Origin: a virus
DNA: 64,000 nucleotides
Virus record (IMG/VR): IMGVR_UViG_3300010035_000001
Location: 6,615 to 70,614 of that record
Direction: 5' to 3' (one strand)
Shown here: positions 47,525-56,678 of the stretch, one piece after another
How positions within the stretch are numbered: position 1 is the first letter of the stretch
How the letters are laid out: each line of letters starts with the position of its first letter
Notes under the pieces: generated by a model
The model's database searches: none
What the model saw: the letters and a program-made list of their open reading frames with translations, nothing else
Told to the model about the DNA's origin: nothing
Position numbers and translations under genes: made by a program

Positions 47525-48336
47525 TTGGGAATCCCCAAAAATTCATAGCGCATCATTGCCTGAATTGGGAGTCTTTCAATGTTTCCCCTGGGTGTTTGAA
47601 GCACTGGTTGTTTCTTCTGCCGCTTGGATGTTCTGACCAAATGCGGATACTCAGACACCAACCAAACCGGATTGCAAAGATAGTGTGCTGTGATTCTGGT
47701 GTCTGTTGCAGGCTCCCGCCCAGAGACCCATTTAATTACTCCTGTGTCTAGGGTATAGTCCGTTTGCCAAACGTAATCTTGGCTGACCGAGGCGAGCAAA
47801 TTCACGCCCGCGGCTGGATAGGACGTTGGTAATGTCCCGTCTCCGGGAACCTTGAGTACTTCAGAGAACGTGATATAGGCATCGATCGCTGTCAGTCGAT
47901 CCCAAAATCCGATCTTGTTCTCGCTGCGTACAGTCAGCCGCATTGTTCCACTGTCCCAACGCCCAATTTGATCCAATGGTTTCCATGTTTGATTTGCAGT
48001 GGTCACTATCCCGTGAATCAACATCCCATTGTCGCGATCCAAAACCTGTTGTTGAAGAGTAGATAATTCACCGATGTCTTCTTCCACTTGTCGATTGACT
48101 GTCCCAAACCAAAAGACACCTAGCCCTTTGCACTTTGTGCAATTGGGATCAGGTTGTCCTTCTGATTCCGGGGAAACCGGATTGCATGGACATTTCGCAG
48201 CGCGAGTCCAAACTAGGCGGTATCCGTGCATTTCAATCAAAAGATCGAAATCATCTTTTTTGAGATCTACTCTTTTGCCGCTTTCCTTGGTACCTTCTGG
48301 CAAACCAATTTTGGGTGGTCCCATCGTGATAGCCAT
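47521..48336 (-). CDS. head closure/neck protein
   Basis: WTRAAKCPC...C..CKGLG, RLTV...IGFWDRLT; TAATG overlap start. Confidence 0.7.
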   Translation of the reverse strand: MAITMGPPKIGLPEGTKESGKRVDLKKDDFDLLIEMHGYRLVWTRAAKCPCNPVSPESEGQPDPNCTKCKGLGVFWFGTVNRQVEEDIGELSTLQQQVLDRDNGMLIHGIVTTANQTWKPLDQIGRWDSGTMRLTVRSENKIGFWDRLTAIDAYITFSEVLKVPGDGTLPTSYPAAGVNLLASVSQDYVWQTDYTLDTGVIKWVSGREPATDTRITAHYLCNPVWLVSEYPHLVRTSKRQKKQPVLQTPRGNIERLPIQAMMRYEFLGIPK

Positions 48337-49352
48337 TAGATCACCGCCACTGGGATTGCTTTGTAGTATTCTCTCAGTTGTGGAAGTTGGCGTTTGATGT
48401 CTTTCCAATATTGAACCAACCGTGCACCATATCCAGCATTCGTAGCACTTGAGGTAGTGGAAAAGCTTTGAGAGAGACCATCCAAGGAAATTGATTGTGA
48501 TGCGATACCCGCACCACCCAACAGATCTCCCGCGATGTTCAAGGGCCCAAAGGAAGCCAACATCCCAACCATGTTTACGATGGCTGGGGGTACTTCTCCG
48601 GAGGCAAAACCAGCCGTGTACGTTACTCTGAATGCATGCGGGATATACGAGGCATTTCGGTAAAAGGCTGGAAACCACGATCCCGATCCAAAAAATAGAG
48701 TCTCACTTTGCCCTGTGGACGGGACCAAATTGATTTGGCCCGAATCCTGTTCCAATTGGATCCAACTGTCCGGGAATGTGAAAACCGTTTGATTAGGGAC
48801 AACGAATTTTACTTCATCTACCTGAATCACAGGATAATGCTTCAATGCCAAAAAAGCGTATTGATGATAATCTTGACGCCGAAAATCATGTCTCTCTTCT
48901 GTGAGAGTTTTTGGCGCCAAGTTGATATCTAGATCATGTTCAAGCATGGAAACGGCCGATTTTATGAAAAACTCGTATTGAGTGACCGGAAAAGGGTTCC
49001 CGCTGTCATCAGTCAGATCCAAACCGAACAAATAGTTTTTCAAAAGTTCACCCACAGATAATATGGAAAGAGCTGGATCACCTTCCCCTTGTATCGGGTC
49101 GGACAACGATGATTCTTGCGCCGTGGTTGAATTGTAGAAACTCGACTTGTACCAATACTCCGGATCTCCTGTCGTGTCCTGATACACGTAGATTGTCTGA
49201 CTTCCCGCAATTGCTAAACGGGTGGTTGCATCTGTGATTTCGGTATAGGTTCCCGTTTGTCCTGTCGTACTCCGATAGACCTTCAATTGGTTAAACAGCG
49301 TAAGGACCGTTGTAGGGTCCGTCAAAACGATTCTGACTGAAATCAGGGGCAT
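48336..49352 (-). CDS. head-tail adaptor/neck protein with N-terminal Ig-like domain
   Basis: LKNYLFGLDL..D.GNPF, LKHYPVIQV, FRVTYTAGF, GIASQSISLDGLSQS. Confidence 0.75.
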   Translation of the reverse strand: MPLISVRIVLTDPTTVLTLFNQLKVYRSTTGQTGTYTEITDATTRLAIAGSQTIYVYQDTTGDPEYWYKSSFYNSTTAQESSLSDPIQGEGDPALSILSVGELLKNYLFGLDLTDDSGNPFPVTQYEFFIKSAVSMLEHDLDINLAPKTLTEERHDFRRQDYHQYAFLALKHYPVIQVDEVKFVVPNQTVFTFPDSWIQLEQDSGQINLVPSTGQSETLFFGSGSWFPAFYRNASYIPHAFRVTYTAGFASGEVPPAIVNMVGMLASFGPLNIAGDLLGGAGIASQSISLDGLSQSFSTTSSATNAGYGARLVQYWKDIKRQLPQLREYYKAIPVAVI

Positions 49353-49792
49353 GGGTCCTCCGGTTCATTTGGAAGTATAACAGGACGCAAGTTGGTCACC
49401 GATACCTGAGGCACCAGCGTTTTCCGCGTGTGATTCACAGGCACCATTTCCTCTGTGAATGTTCTTGGAAGTGTTTCTGATGCGGTCAATCGCCGTTCAT
49501 TGTCCAGAATCGTTGCTGGTGGTGGAACCCCTCCATCTGCCCCACCTCCAGTTCCCCCAAACAATTCATATTCGATTTCCAATGTGTCATTGGCAAGAGG
49601 TGCCTCTTTCATTCGGATGGTTCGGGGTTGGACTACTTCATACCCATCGTCAAGATGGTCAACCAAAAGTAGACCATTGTGGAAAACGTTGACCTGACCC
49701 ACCAAATCATTGGTGACAACGTAATCCCTGTTGGCGCCATCAATGGAACCAACCAACGTTTCACCTTGTGTCTCTTTGAGCCACCGCGCCAT
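49343..49792 (-). CDS. virion protein with small beta domain (paralog of next gene)
   Basis: DGANRDY..VFHNGLLL..LDDGYE..MKEAPL..DTL; TGATG overlap start. Confidence 0.7.
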   Translation of the reverse strand: MARWLKETQGETLVGSIDGANRDYVVTNDLVGQVNVFHNGLLLVDHLDDGYEVVQPRTIRMKEAPLANDTLEIEYELFGGTGGGADGGVPPPATILDNERRLTASETLPRTFTEEMVPVNHTRKTLVPQVSVTNLRPVILPNEPEDPCP

Positions 49793-50022
49793 CAGGGAAC
49801 CCCATACTTCACTTGCAACGTATCGCCAGGTAAAGGAGCCTCTTTCATTTGAAAAGCACCTTCGATCGATTCTTCGTACCCATCGTCCAATCGCGCAACC
49901 AAACGCACCCCATTCAACCAAACAGACAAACTGTTGGCTTGGTATGTCTGGGATACCTGGAACACCGTTGTCACTCCATCTGGAACCGGTGTTGGAATCT
50001 CCATCACTGGGTTCCTGGCCAT
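49792..50022 (-). CDS. small virion beta-domain protein
   Basis: DGVTTVF..VWLNGVRL..LDDGYE..MKEAPLPGDTL; GGAGGG SD. Confidence 0.7.
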   Translation of the reverse strand: MARNPVMEIPTPVPDGVTTVFQVSQTYQANSLSVWLNGVRLVARLDDGYEESIEGAFQMKEAPLPGDTLQVKYGVP

Positions 50023-50186
50023 TGACCCTCCATAACCAGCTCCTGACATTCTTTGTCCTTTGGTTCCATTTCCCGTTTGAACCGTTGGACATCTGATAAA
50101 AGACCTTCTAACAGGGGTTTTAGATGAGCCAGCTTCCCAATTACCTGAATCGTGTGTGGGGCTTTGGCCTTTTCTTCTAACGACAT
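50004..50186 (-). CDS. small hypothetical protein (60 aa)
   Basis: GGAGG SD. Confidence 0.55.
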   Translation of the reverse strand: MSLEEKAKAPHTIQVIGKLAHLKPLLEGLLSDVQRFKREMEPKDKECQELVMEGQWPGTQ

Positions 50187-50208
50187 GGGATAAATCCTCC
50201 GATGATCG

Positions 50209-50661
50209 TTACTTCCGTAATTGATCGTTTACGTATCCCTGCAGTTCCAATTTCAAGCGTCTTTCCAACTCATCTACTTTGTCGATCAAGGCTGGTCGAA
50301 CCCCTCTCAATTCTTCTTTCAGTCCGTCTAATACTGTGAAAACAGCATCCAATCTCATTGCACGTTCTGTTTCCAAAGCCACACTATCCCTGGTAGTCTG
50401 TCTCCATTCCTCTTGCAGTCTAGATAACGTTGCTTCGATTCTGTTGATATCGTGATTTTTCCTTTTCTCACAAGACGCCCTATCCGCGGTAATATCCTCC
50501 ACACTTCGAGTAATGGCTTTGAGTTCAGCTTCGAATTCAACACGGAGTCCGGCAATCATCAGTCTGATTGCGAAGACAATCAAACCGGTAATTGTAGGCA
50601 AAGCAATTCCCAGAGCCCAAAGAACCGTTGACGTGGGAATTCCCATTTCTTGTCCGGCCAT
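50209..50661 (-). CDS. membrane-anchored coiled-coil protein
   Basis: N-terminal TM VLWALGIALPTITGLIVFAI then heptads. Confidence 0.7.
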   Translation of the reverse strand: MAGQEMGIPTSTVLWALGIALPTITGLIVFAIRLMIAGLRVEFEAELKAITRSVEDITADRASCEKRKNHDINRIEATLSRLQEEWRQTTRDSVALETERAMRLDAVFTVLDGLKEELRGVRPALIDKVDELERRLKLELQGYVNDQLRK

Positions 50662-50733
50662 TATCTAACCTCTATTTCTACGCGCCAACCGGTATCGAGC
50701 GTCAAATGATGATTAAAAAAGCGCATCCCAGGT

Positions 50734-51348
50734 TTAGAGATTCACGATTTCGGGATCCTTGTCAGGATCAATCAAGTAAAAATCGATTTCGATAGTTGCG
50801 TTCCCTGCTTCGGCACCAAATGGATTCAGGTCAATTGTCCATGAACCACCTTTTCCGAAAATTTGAGTTGACGGTCTGGGGATGAGATTTGGGCCCAGCC
50901 CCAAAGGAAATTGTCTCTTGGTCGCTACCTGGGTAGCGCCAGTCATGCCATTACCAACACCATCCCATTTGTACACTGTGATACCTGATTCAGCGGTGGA
51001 TTTGCCATTCAAATTCGAAGGTGTAATTTCTGTGTGATTCGCTGTTGGCGCACTTGTAGCTGCTTTGATTGTTGCCAACAAGGGTTTATTGAAAGACGTA
51101 CTTCCACCATTCCAAAAAATGGTAAAAACATTCATGGCCATTAGTTTTGCGGCATTCGTGAATTCGAAGTACAGCATGGTACCACCGGAGGTGGTAACCG
51201 AAAGAAGATTAGTGGTGAACGAAAACGCTTGACCATCCAGACAATATGCCGCTCCGGCTGGAATAGACCGTGATTGCACATTAAGATTCCCACGTGGATC
51301 TACCACCGTAGGATGTTCAATTTTTTTGTACCGTCCGGTGACTTCCAT
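50734..51348 (-). CDS. putative virion structural protein
   Basis: beta-rich protein in the head-neck interval. Confidence 0.6.
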   Translation of the reverse strand: MEVTGRYKKIEHPTVVDPRGNLNVQSRSIPAGAAYCLDGQAFSFTTNLLSVTTSGGTMLYFEFTNAAKLMAMNVFTIFWNGGSTSFNKPLLATIKAATSAPTANHTEITPSNLNGKSTAESGITVYKWDGVGNGMTGATQVATKRQFPLGLGPNLIPRPSTQIFGKGGSWTIDLNPFGAEAGNATIEIDFYLIDPDKDPEIVNL

Positions 51349-51350
51349 TT

Positions 51351-51569
51351 TTACTCCTCCAGTTTTGCTAGATCATCAATATTTCCTTTAAGCCCGGAAA
51401 TAGCTGCAAGATGAACCACTGTTTTTTGCAACAGCTTTCTGATTCTTTGCAATTCTTCTAGAGCCCTGGAATCTTCCATCGCGACCACGTAGCGATCACG
51501 GATATGATAAACGTCAACTGGATTGCCATCCTTATCGAACAAAACGGATACTGGACTTTTGGAACTCAT
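51351..51569 (-). CDS. hypothetical protein
   Basis: ORF track; ATGA overlap. Confidence 0.6.
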   Translation of the reverse strand: MSSKSPVSVLFDKDGNPVDVYHIRDRYVVAMEDSRALEELQRIRKLLQKTVVHLAAISGLKGNIDDLAKLEE

Positions 51570-52096
51570 ATCGTGATTGTCCTTGTTCTTCTATTTTCAA
51601 AAACCAGATTGACGTATGTATAGTCATCAGTCACAGTCACCAGTACTGTTGTCCCGTCCGGATGATACAGTTTCCACACGATCTGTGAGTAGACAACCCC
51701 AGACCAAGTCAAAGTCTTTTCCAGAATTTTCTTGTCATCGTGGGTCCACCAAGTTTGATTTGTGTCAAATACCCCGTCCCATGTAGTGGTTTCGTACGCG
51801 CCTGAAACCGTCCCTTCAGCTGGCCCAGAGTCGATAAAATGGATCAACTGCCGAAGAGCTTTGTGCGTCTCTTCAGTCACGTACTGTCCCTGTATTTCAG
51901 TCAATGTCACTGGGATGGGGTCTTTCCAATTCAACGCCCCAATCATTCGGTTGATTTGGCTCAAAAGAAGATTTTGGAATTCTTGTTGGTCTTCGGCGGT
52001 AGATTCCGCATTTGCAATTTCAGAAGGGGTCTTAGAATCGTCGTAGAGATCCGAGGCACGAACATTCTTCAGGCGAATTCGTTGGGTTGGACTCAC
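51566..52096 (-). CDS. putative virion structural protein
   Basis: ORF track; RQLIHFID.GP.EG motif; GTG start. Confidence 0.65.
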   Translation of the reverse strand: MSPTQRIRLKNVRASDLYDDSKTPSEIANAESTAEDQQEFQNLLLSQINRMIGALNWKDPIPVTLTEIQGQYVTEETHKALRQLIHFIDSGPAEGTVSGAYETTTWDGVFDTNQTWWTHDDKKILEKTLTWSGVVYSQIVWKLYHPDGTTVLVTVTDDYTYVNLVFENRRTRTITI

Positions 52097-52110
52097 GAAA
52101 CACCCCCGAA

Positions 52111-52416
52111 TTAACCTCGCCGCTGGTAGGCAACCAATTCGATGTTGGATGTTCCACCATCACCCTTGATCCAAATGCTTTGGATCTCAGCAGGGCCAGA
52201 CCATCCATGTGGGTTTGCTGCTGCAGCTATAGGAACTTCAATATAGTCTGCATCCGTATCAAAGTTTTCTTGAGTGAAATAAACTTTGGCTGGAAAGGCA
52301 GATGCACGAATTTGAATGAATTTCGTCACAAAGGGAATAGGTAATTCCCTTCCTGCCGTTGTACAGCTTGACCGAATTACATGGGGCCAGCCACCGCGGT
52401 TTTCCATCACACTCAT
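52111..52416 (-). CDS. small beta-sandwich virion/decoration protein
   Basis: ORF track; position after capsid genes. Confidence 0.6.
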   Translation of the reverse strand: MSVMENRGGWPHVIRSSCTTAGRELPIPFVTKFIQIRASAFPAKVYFTQENFDTDADYIEVPIAAAANPHGWSGPAEIQSIWIKGDGGTSNIELVAYQRRG

Positions 52417-52434
52417 GGCGTGGTCCTTTCAGAA

Positions 52435-52758
52435 TTATTCGGTTTGGCCTTCCATGGCTCCGAAAATCAGCAAATCCACAACATCAGAAGCGGCGCCACC
52501 TGCAATTGTGAAACCAGTGAGAGTCTTACTACCGACGGTCAATTGACGCGCCACGGCCGTTTGGTTTGTGGGAAGGACCTGATAGGTCGCATTTTTCATA
52601 TCGGACAAACCCAAGGCTGCAAACGTGGTTGCGTGTGAAGCGCCACTGACCGTCACGGTCGCACCTTGAACGCTGCGGCCAGCCTCGCTACTGGCTAGGA
52701 CATGATCAATTCCCAACTCATTGAGAATCGGATCGTAGTCACTTACTTTCTTGGCCAT
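52435..52758 (-). CDS. putative capsid decoration protein
   Basis: AAGGAGGG SD; small A/G/T-rich protein after the capsid gene. Confidence 0.6.
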   Translation of the reverse strand: MAKKVSDYDPILNELGIDHVLASSEAGRSVQGATVTVSGASHATTFAALGLSDMKNATYQVLPTNQTAVARQLTVGSKTLTGFTIAGGAASDVVDLLIFGAMEGQTE

Positions 52759-52773
52759 TGAATGACCCTCCTT

Positions 52774-53334
52774 TTACTGACCTGGATACATCGCTTTCGT
52801 GATGGCATCCATCAGATCGGATTTGTTCATATTGCCTGTCTTAACGCCGTAGGCTTTGGCCATGGCTACCAGGTAATTCTTGGGCATGGATTCCTGGGGA
52901 TCCGGCCAATCTTCGCCTTCAGCAGGAATCATCCATTTCCCATCATTCCCATTTGCCTTTGGGGCTGCTGGTTCCGCTACGGGCTCGGGTTTTGCCGCGG
53001 GCTCGGGGGCTGGATCCGGTTCCACCTGGGCTTCGATCACGGGTTCAGGCTTGGCCGGAGAATCCGGTTGAATCGGTTCCGGAATTGGCGTTTTAGGTTC
53101 GGGGATCGGCTCGGGTTGTGGAATTGCCACAGGTTGAGCAACAGCAACCGCAGCTTCAACCACTGGCACCTTGGGCATATCCTCAACCACTTTCCATTCA
53201 TCCATCATCGACAGCATTTCGAAATCGCTCAGATCATCAACATCCAGGAAACCATTGACGTCAATCTGATACAGCTTTCCGTTGACGTTCAGTTGTTGGC
53301 CGTGCATAGGGCGTCTTTTGTTTAAGAGTCTCAT
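52774..53334 (-). CDS. protein with Pro/Glu-rich linker and C-terminal Rho-N/HeH-like helical domain
   Basis: PEPIPEPK...PEPAAKPEP linker; KNYLVAMAKAYGVKTGNMNKSDLMDAI. Confidence 0.7.
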   Translation of the reverse strand: MRLLNKRRPMHGQQLNVNGKLYQIDVNGFLDVDDLSDFEMLSMMDEWKVVEDMPKVPVVEAAVAVAQPVAIPQPEPIPEPKTPIPEPIQPDSPAKPEPVIEAQVEPDPAPEPAAKPEPVAEPAAPKANGNDGKWMIPAEGEDWPDPQESMPKNYLVAMAKAYGVKTGNMNKSDLMDAITKAMYPGQ

Positions 53335-53369
53335 GGTTGCGGTCCTCCTGGCTGGTTTGAAAGCAGTAA

Positions 53370-53396
53370 ACAGGAGGGGGTAATACCCCCTCCTGT
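53370..53396 (-). terminator. intrinsic terminator/hairpin after major capsid gene
   Basis: ACAGGAGGGGG-tatta-CCCCCTCCTGT perfect 11-bp stem followed by TTACTGCTTT. Confidence 0.8.
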
Positions 53397-53412
53397 CAAT
53401 GGGACTTACCTA

Positions 53413-54831
53413 TTATGGCGCCCCTACGTAATTGGCCGCCCGGCCGATGTTACGGAACAAAACGTGGCGATTCGGGGCGTACAATTCGGGTACGCAGTAG
53501 ATCAATTGGATCCACCGAATCCGCAGATTGATAACAGCCAAGGGCACTTTCATCATCGGGGCCAGCTGTTTCAGACCCATACCCTGGTTGTTTTGTTGGA
53601 ACAAGAAACCATCAGAAGTGAATGGCAAGTTTGCGTTGAGATCGGTCAACACTTGCTCACCAACACCGGCCGCATTCGGAATGCGATCGATCAAACTCAA
53701 TGCCGTGGCGCCCGGTTTGGACCGATACAATTCGTACCAGTCAACAGCCTGGGCTCCCGCGGGAGTCATGCCGACAGTTGCTTTCTGACCTGCAGCAATG
53801 GCTAGCGCAGCACCCAAAGAAACAACAGCTGACTTGCCATACCGGTTACAGGCTTTGACGGAATAGGTGTAACTACCAGCGTCGCTCGCTGTGAATTGAG
53901 AGGCAGCATCGACAGAAGCTGCCAACGCAGTGGAGATTGTTGGGGTACCCGGAATCTTGGAAGCGTCGCCTTGCGCGGCCGCCACCGGGGCACCACCCAC
54001 CCAAATGAACGGATTGGGTTCGAATTGAACGGGACCGGACTGGCTAACCCATCCACCGATAGTTCGACCCCAACTCACATTGGGTTCATTCGAATGGGTG
54101 TCGTGTCGTTCCTTCGGGAAGAAGGTTTTTGCCAGATCGGCAATCACTTTCGGATTGCAGTGGAAGTTGGTTGCCCGACCATAGTTCGGAGCATCCGAGA
54201 TAGTCAAACACGCATCCTCAAGGACATCTTGGGAGAGAGGTTTGCCGCGCATGTCGATGATGTTGTCGGCGTTGCTGTTGTCCAGGATCATTCGACGGAA
54301 ACCATCAAATTGAAGTGCGGACAGATTGCTATCGCCGTAGAACAAACCTCTTTCCAACATCCGAAGCAGATGCATGGTCCCATTTGCGGTTTCCTGACCG
54401 ATGGCCGGACCGTGGGCCGTGTTGATCAGTGTGGCAGCATGTTTTACAGAACGGGTGGTCGCCAAGAATTTCACCTTGACGTGCACACGCTCGTACGTGC
54501 TGTCGTCTTCTTCGGGAAGGTCTCCATCCTCGATCCAACCCGCATCCGGATTGTTGCCGTAGGCATGCAACCGGTTGTACTCCTCAACCGTGTTGTACGC
54601 TGGCTGTGCGATCAGAGATTTGTAGAGACGAAGATGTTCCATCTCGTACGTGATCACATGCAGCGTGTCTTCCAAGGACTCCATTCGCAGGGCAAACGCA
54701 TCGCCGGGCGTCAAAGACGCCGGGGGATTGACGCTGTCTCCCGCAGTCAGGGCTTTGTTAAGGTCGTCTAGCTCTTCACCAGACATCACCCCAAACCCAT
54801 CAAGATCTTCGTAGTCGCTCATGGTAACCAT
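53413..54831 (-). CDS. major capsid protein (HK97 fold, SPO1/Twort-like)
   Basis: KALTAG...ALRMESLEDTL, PAYNTVEEYN, E.DLPEEDDSTYERV.VKVKFL, LERGLFYGDS, LQFDG. Confidence 0.93.
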   Translation of the reverse strand: MVTMSDYEDLDGFGVMSGEELDDLNKALTAGDSVNPPASLTPGDAFALRMESLEDTLHVITYEMEHLRLYKSLIAQPAYNTVEEYNRLHAYGNNPDAGWIEDGDLPEEDDSTYERVHVKVKFLATTRSVKHAATLINTAHGPAIGQETANGTMHLLRMLERGLFYGDSNLSALQFDGFRRMILDNSNADNIIDMRGKPLSQDVLEDACLTISDAPNYGRATNFHCNPKVIADLAKTFFPKERHDTHSNEPNVSWGRTIGGWVSQSGPVQFEPNPFIWVGGAPVAAAQGDASKIPGTPTISTALAASVDAASQFTASDAGSYTYSVKACNRYGKSAVVSLGAALAIAAGQKATVGMTPAGAQAVDWYELYRSKPGATALSLIDRIPNAAGVGEQVLTDLNANLPFTSDGFLFQQNNQGMGLKQLAPMMKVPLAVINLRIRWIQLIYCVPELYAPNRHVLFRNIGRAANYVGAP

Positions 54832-54887
54832 TTATATTTCCTCCAATTTTCCTTTCATGGAACGATCAAAAAGTTGGGGGTGTGTCC

Positions 54888-55676
54888 CTATTTGCCCGCT
54901 TGAACGATCCGGTTGTACAACCTGCGATCGACGTTTCCAGTTTGTTCGAATTCCCCCATCGCAGCACCAAGGGGGAGACCTTCCGGGGAAAGACCTTGGT
55001 GGCCTTTGTCCACGGAGTCTTTGTGCATAGCCTTCAAGCCAGCTTTGATTTCACTTTTGTTCAGCCGTTCACCCTTGGCCTCCGGCCCGGCCTGTTTCCC
55101 AAAAGATTTTTGGAGCGGTTGCCCCATCTTGGATTTCGGGCCCCTTACCGGTTGTTCCATGTATTCGGCAAAGGATTTCTGCATGTCCAAAACCGTCCGG
55201 CCAACTTCCCCAATGGCCCGAGCCAAGGCCACATTGAAATTGCCCTGTTGAGTTTGATTGCTCTCTACCACAGCAGCCAAATTCCCAAACGACTTGACCA
55301 ATTCACCATGTTGTTCAGCAACAAACTCAGAAATATTGATGGTCTCCTGCACAACCGGATTTTCGGCCATCGACTTCAACAAACTGTCGCTCAACGGCGC
55401 CTCGTCTTCCTCATCGTCTGCCTGACCACCCATGGCCTTGAATAGGTCGGTCTTTTCTTCATCGGTCAGATCCTGGGTTTGGGCCTTTTTCAGGAGAGCT
55501 TGTTTCCGGTCTTCGGAATCGGCCGGAATATTGGCCTCCAGATTCTGGAGAGATTTTTCCAGATCGGAAGTTTCCAACCCGGTGTCCTCTTCATCTCCGC
55601 CCATGTCTTGGTCATGGCCAGTAGGGGCCATGGACTTGTACAGATCCTGGCCATACCCGTTCTTCCTCGTTTTCAT
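54888..55676 (-). CDS. capsid scaffolding protein
   Basis: acidic/helical; between protease and MCP; many L-x-K-S motifs; AGGAGG SD at the revised start. Confidence 0.75.
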   Translation of the reverse strand: MKTRKNGYGQDLYKSMAPTGHDQDMGGDEEDTGLETSDLEKSLQNLEANIPADSEDRKQALLKKAQTQDLTDEEKTDLFKAMGGQADDEEDEAPLSDSLLKSMAENPVVQETINISEFVAEQHGELVKSFGNLAAVVESNQTQQGNFNVALARAIGEVGRTVLDMQKSFAEYMEQPVRGPKSKMGQPLQKSFGKQAGPEAKGERLNKSEIKAGLKAMHKDSVDKGHQGLSPEGLPLGAAMGEFEQTGNVDRRLYNRIVQAGK

Positions 55677-56500
55677 TGATTCGCCTCCTGATTGTTTCCT
55701 GCGTTCTTTTGGATTTGGGTGATTTTGATCAACCGATTGATTTGAGAAATCGTAGCCTGCGGAAGATGGGTTGCGGCCCATGCATAAACTTGGCTTTTGG
55801 TAAGGGTTTTGCTTTTCTTACAAATCTTGCAGCCAGGCTTCCCACAGGAACAAGTTTGGGGATTTTTGACATCAGATTCCAGAGATTGACGAGAAATGAC
55901 GCGACCTGCAGAATCGCCGCTTTGAGGACCGGTAGGCACGGGTACTTCATGACTGGTCCCAAGCGCCTTACCGAATTCCTCTTCCGCAGCCTCCAAAGAT
56001 TTGGCCAACACATCTAATGTCGCATCTCTATGGACCGGACAATGTGTCACAGCCACATCGCGCACCAAAGCTTTCGCAATGGTCTTGCCATTCTTTCCAA
56101 TTCTTTTTTGGATTTTCCCCTCAACAGAAAATCCGAGTTTTCTGGGAGCATCAGTGAGACTGTTGGCCAGTTCCCAAATTTCGTTGGCTCGCTTGGTTCT
56201 AACCATGTTGGCCTCAATCCAATGCCCGGCCGCTTTCGCGATATCTCCAGAAGGCAATTCATCGCCTTTCTGGAAAAATTTGACAGTGTCTGGATAGCCG
56301 ATTCGGGCTCCAGTCCCGCCATCATGGTTATCGTTGATCCAACCCTCATTGATGAATGGCGTGAAATCAAGGCCCCTTTGAAGAATCAACTCCCCTTGCT
56401 GATCTTTGGTTTCCAGAGATGCAATTCCCCCGATTCGACGAGAACCGCCCTTTTCAAAGGGCCGGAGAGGTACGCTGAATCTGAATTCATCTTTTTCCAT
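55673..56500 (-). CDS. prohead maturation protease (HK97/herpes-type)
   Basis: IGGIASLETKDQQGE, INDNH, GFSVEG, VAVTHCPV..AT. Confidence 0.9.
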   Translation of the reverse strand: MEKDEFRFSVPLRPFEKGGSRRIGGIASLETKDQQGELILQRGLDFTPFINEGWINDNHDGGTGARIGYPDTVKFFQKGDELPSGDIAKAAGHWIEANMVRTKRANEIWELANSLTDAPRKLGFSVEGKIQKRIGKNGKTIAKALVRDVAVTHCPVHRDATLDVLAKSLEAAEEEFGKALGTSHEVPVPTGPQSGDSAGRVISRQSLESDVKNPQTCSCGKPGCKICKKSKTLTKSQVYAWAATHLPQATISQINRLIKITQIQKNAGNNQEANQ

Positions 56501-56515
56501 GGTCTCTCCAGAAAC

Positions 56516-56552
56516 AAAAAAAGGGGCAGATCAGCAAGAGCCAATCTGCCCC
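56516..56552 (-). terminator. intrinsic terminator in the leader of the protease-scaffold-capsid operon
   Basis: GGGGCAGAT(TGGC-TCTT-GCTG)ATCTGCCCC followed by T7, 15 nt upstream of the protease ATG. Confidence 0.8.
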
Positions 56553-56594
56553 AATCGGTTGCCTAAAATACAACCCTAGCGGGCTTCTGATTTT

Positions 56595-56623
56595 AGGCTA
56601 GAGATTATTTCTGGAATTGTCAA
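56595..56623 (-). promoter_or_regulatory. sigma70-type promoter with TTCCAGAAATAA in its spacer
   Basis: TTGACA-attccagaaataatctc (17 nt)-TAGCCT. Confidence 0.7.
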
Positions 56624-56629
56624 GCGGGA

Positions 56630-56667
56630 AGAAACAACAAAGGGGTTCCACCGTCGCGGAACCCCTT
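56630..56667 (-). terminator. intrinsic terminator after candidate ncRNA
   Basis: AAGGGGTTCC-gcgacggt-GGAACCCCTT 10-bp stem followed by TGTTGTTTCTT. Confidence 0.8.
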
Positions 56668-56678
56668 GAAAACTATTT

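Noticed and set aside
47521-50092. ORF-track N-terminal extensions (47521-48678, 49343-50092; also 46098-46901, 54888-55781, 57386-57988, 14253-16343)
   Set aside because: They overlap real genes in another frame; better starts exist at stop-start overlaps or strong SD sites
53896-54771. Long plus-strand ORFs (also 20416-21195, 59315-60244, 61340-62152, 61786-62739 and many shorter)
   Set aside because: Antisense shadows of well-supported minus-strand genes, with no RBS or recognisable motifs
56553-56600. c-di-GMP-I riboswitch suggested by GCCTAAA
   Set aside because: That segment overlaps the predicted -10 box so would not be transcribed, and the P1 GCAAA/GAAA elements are missing
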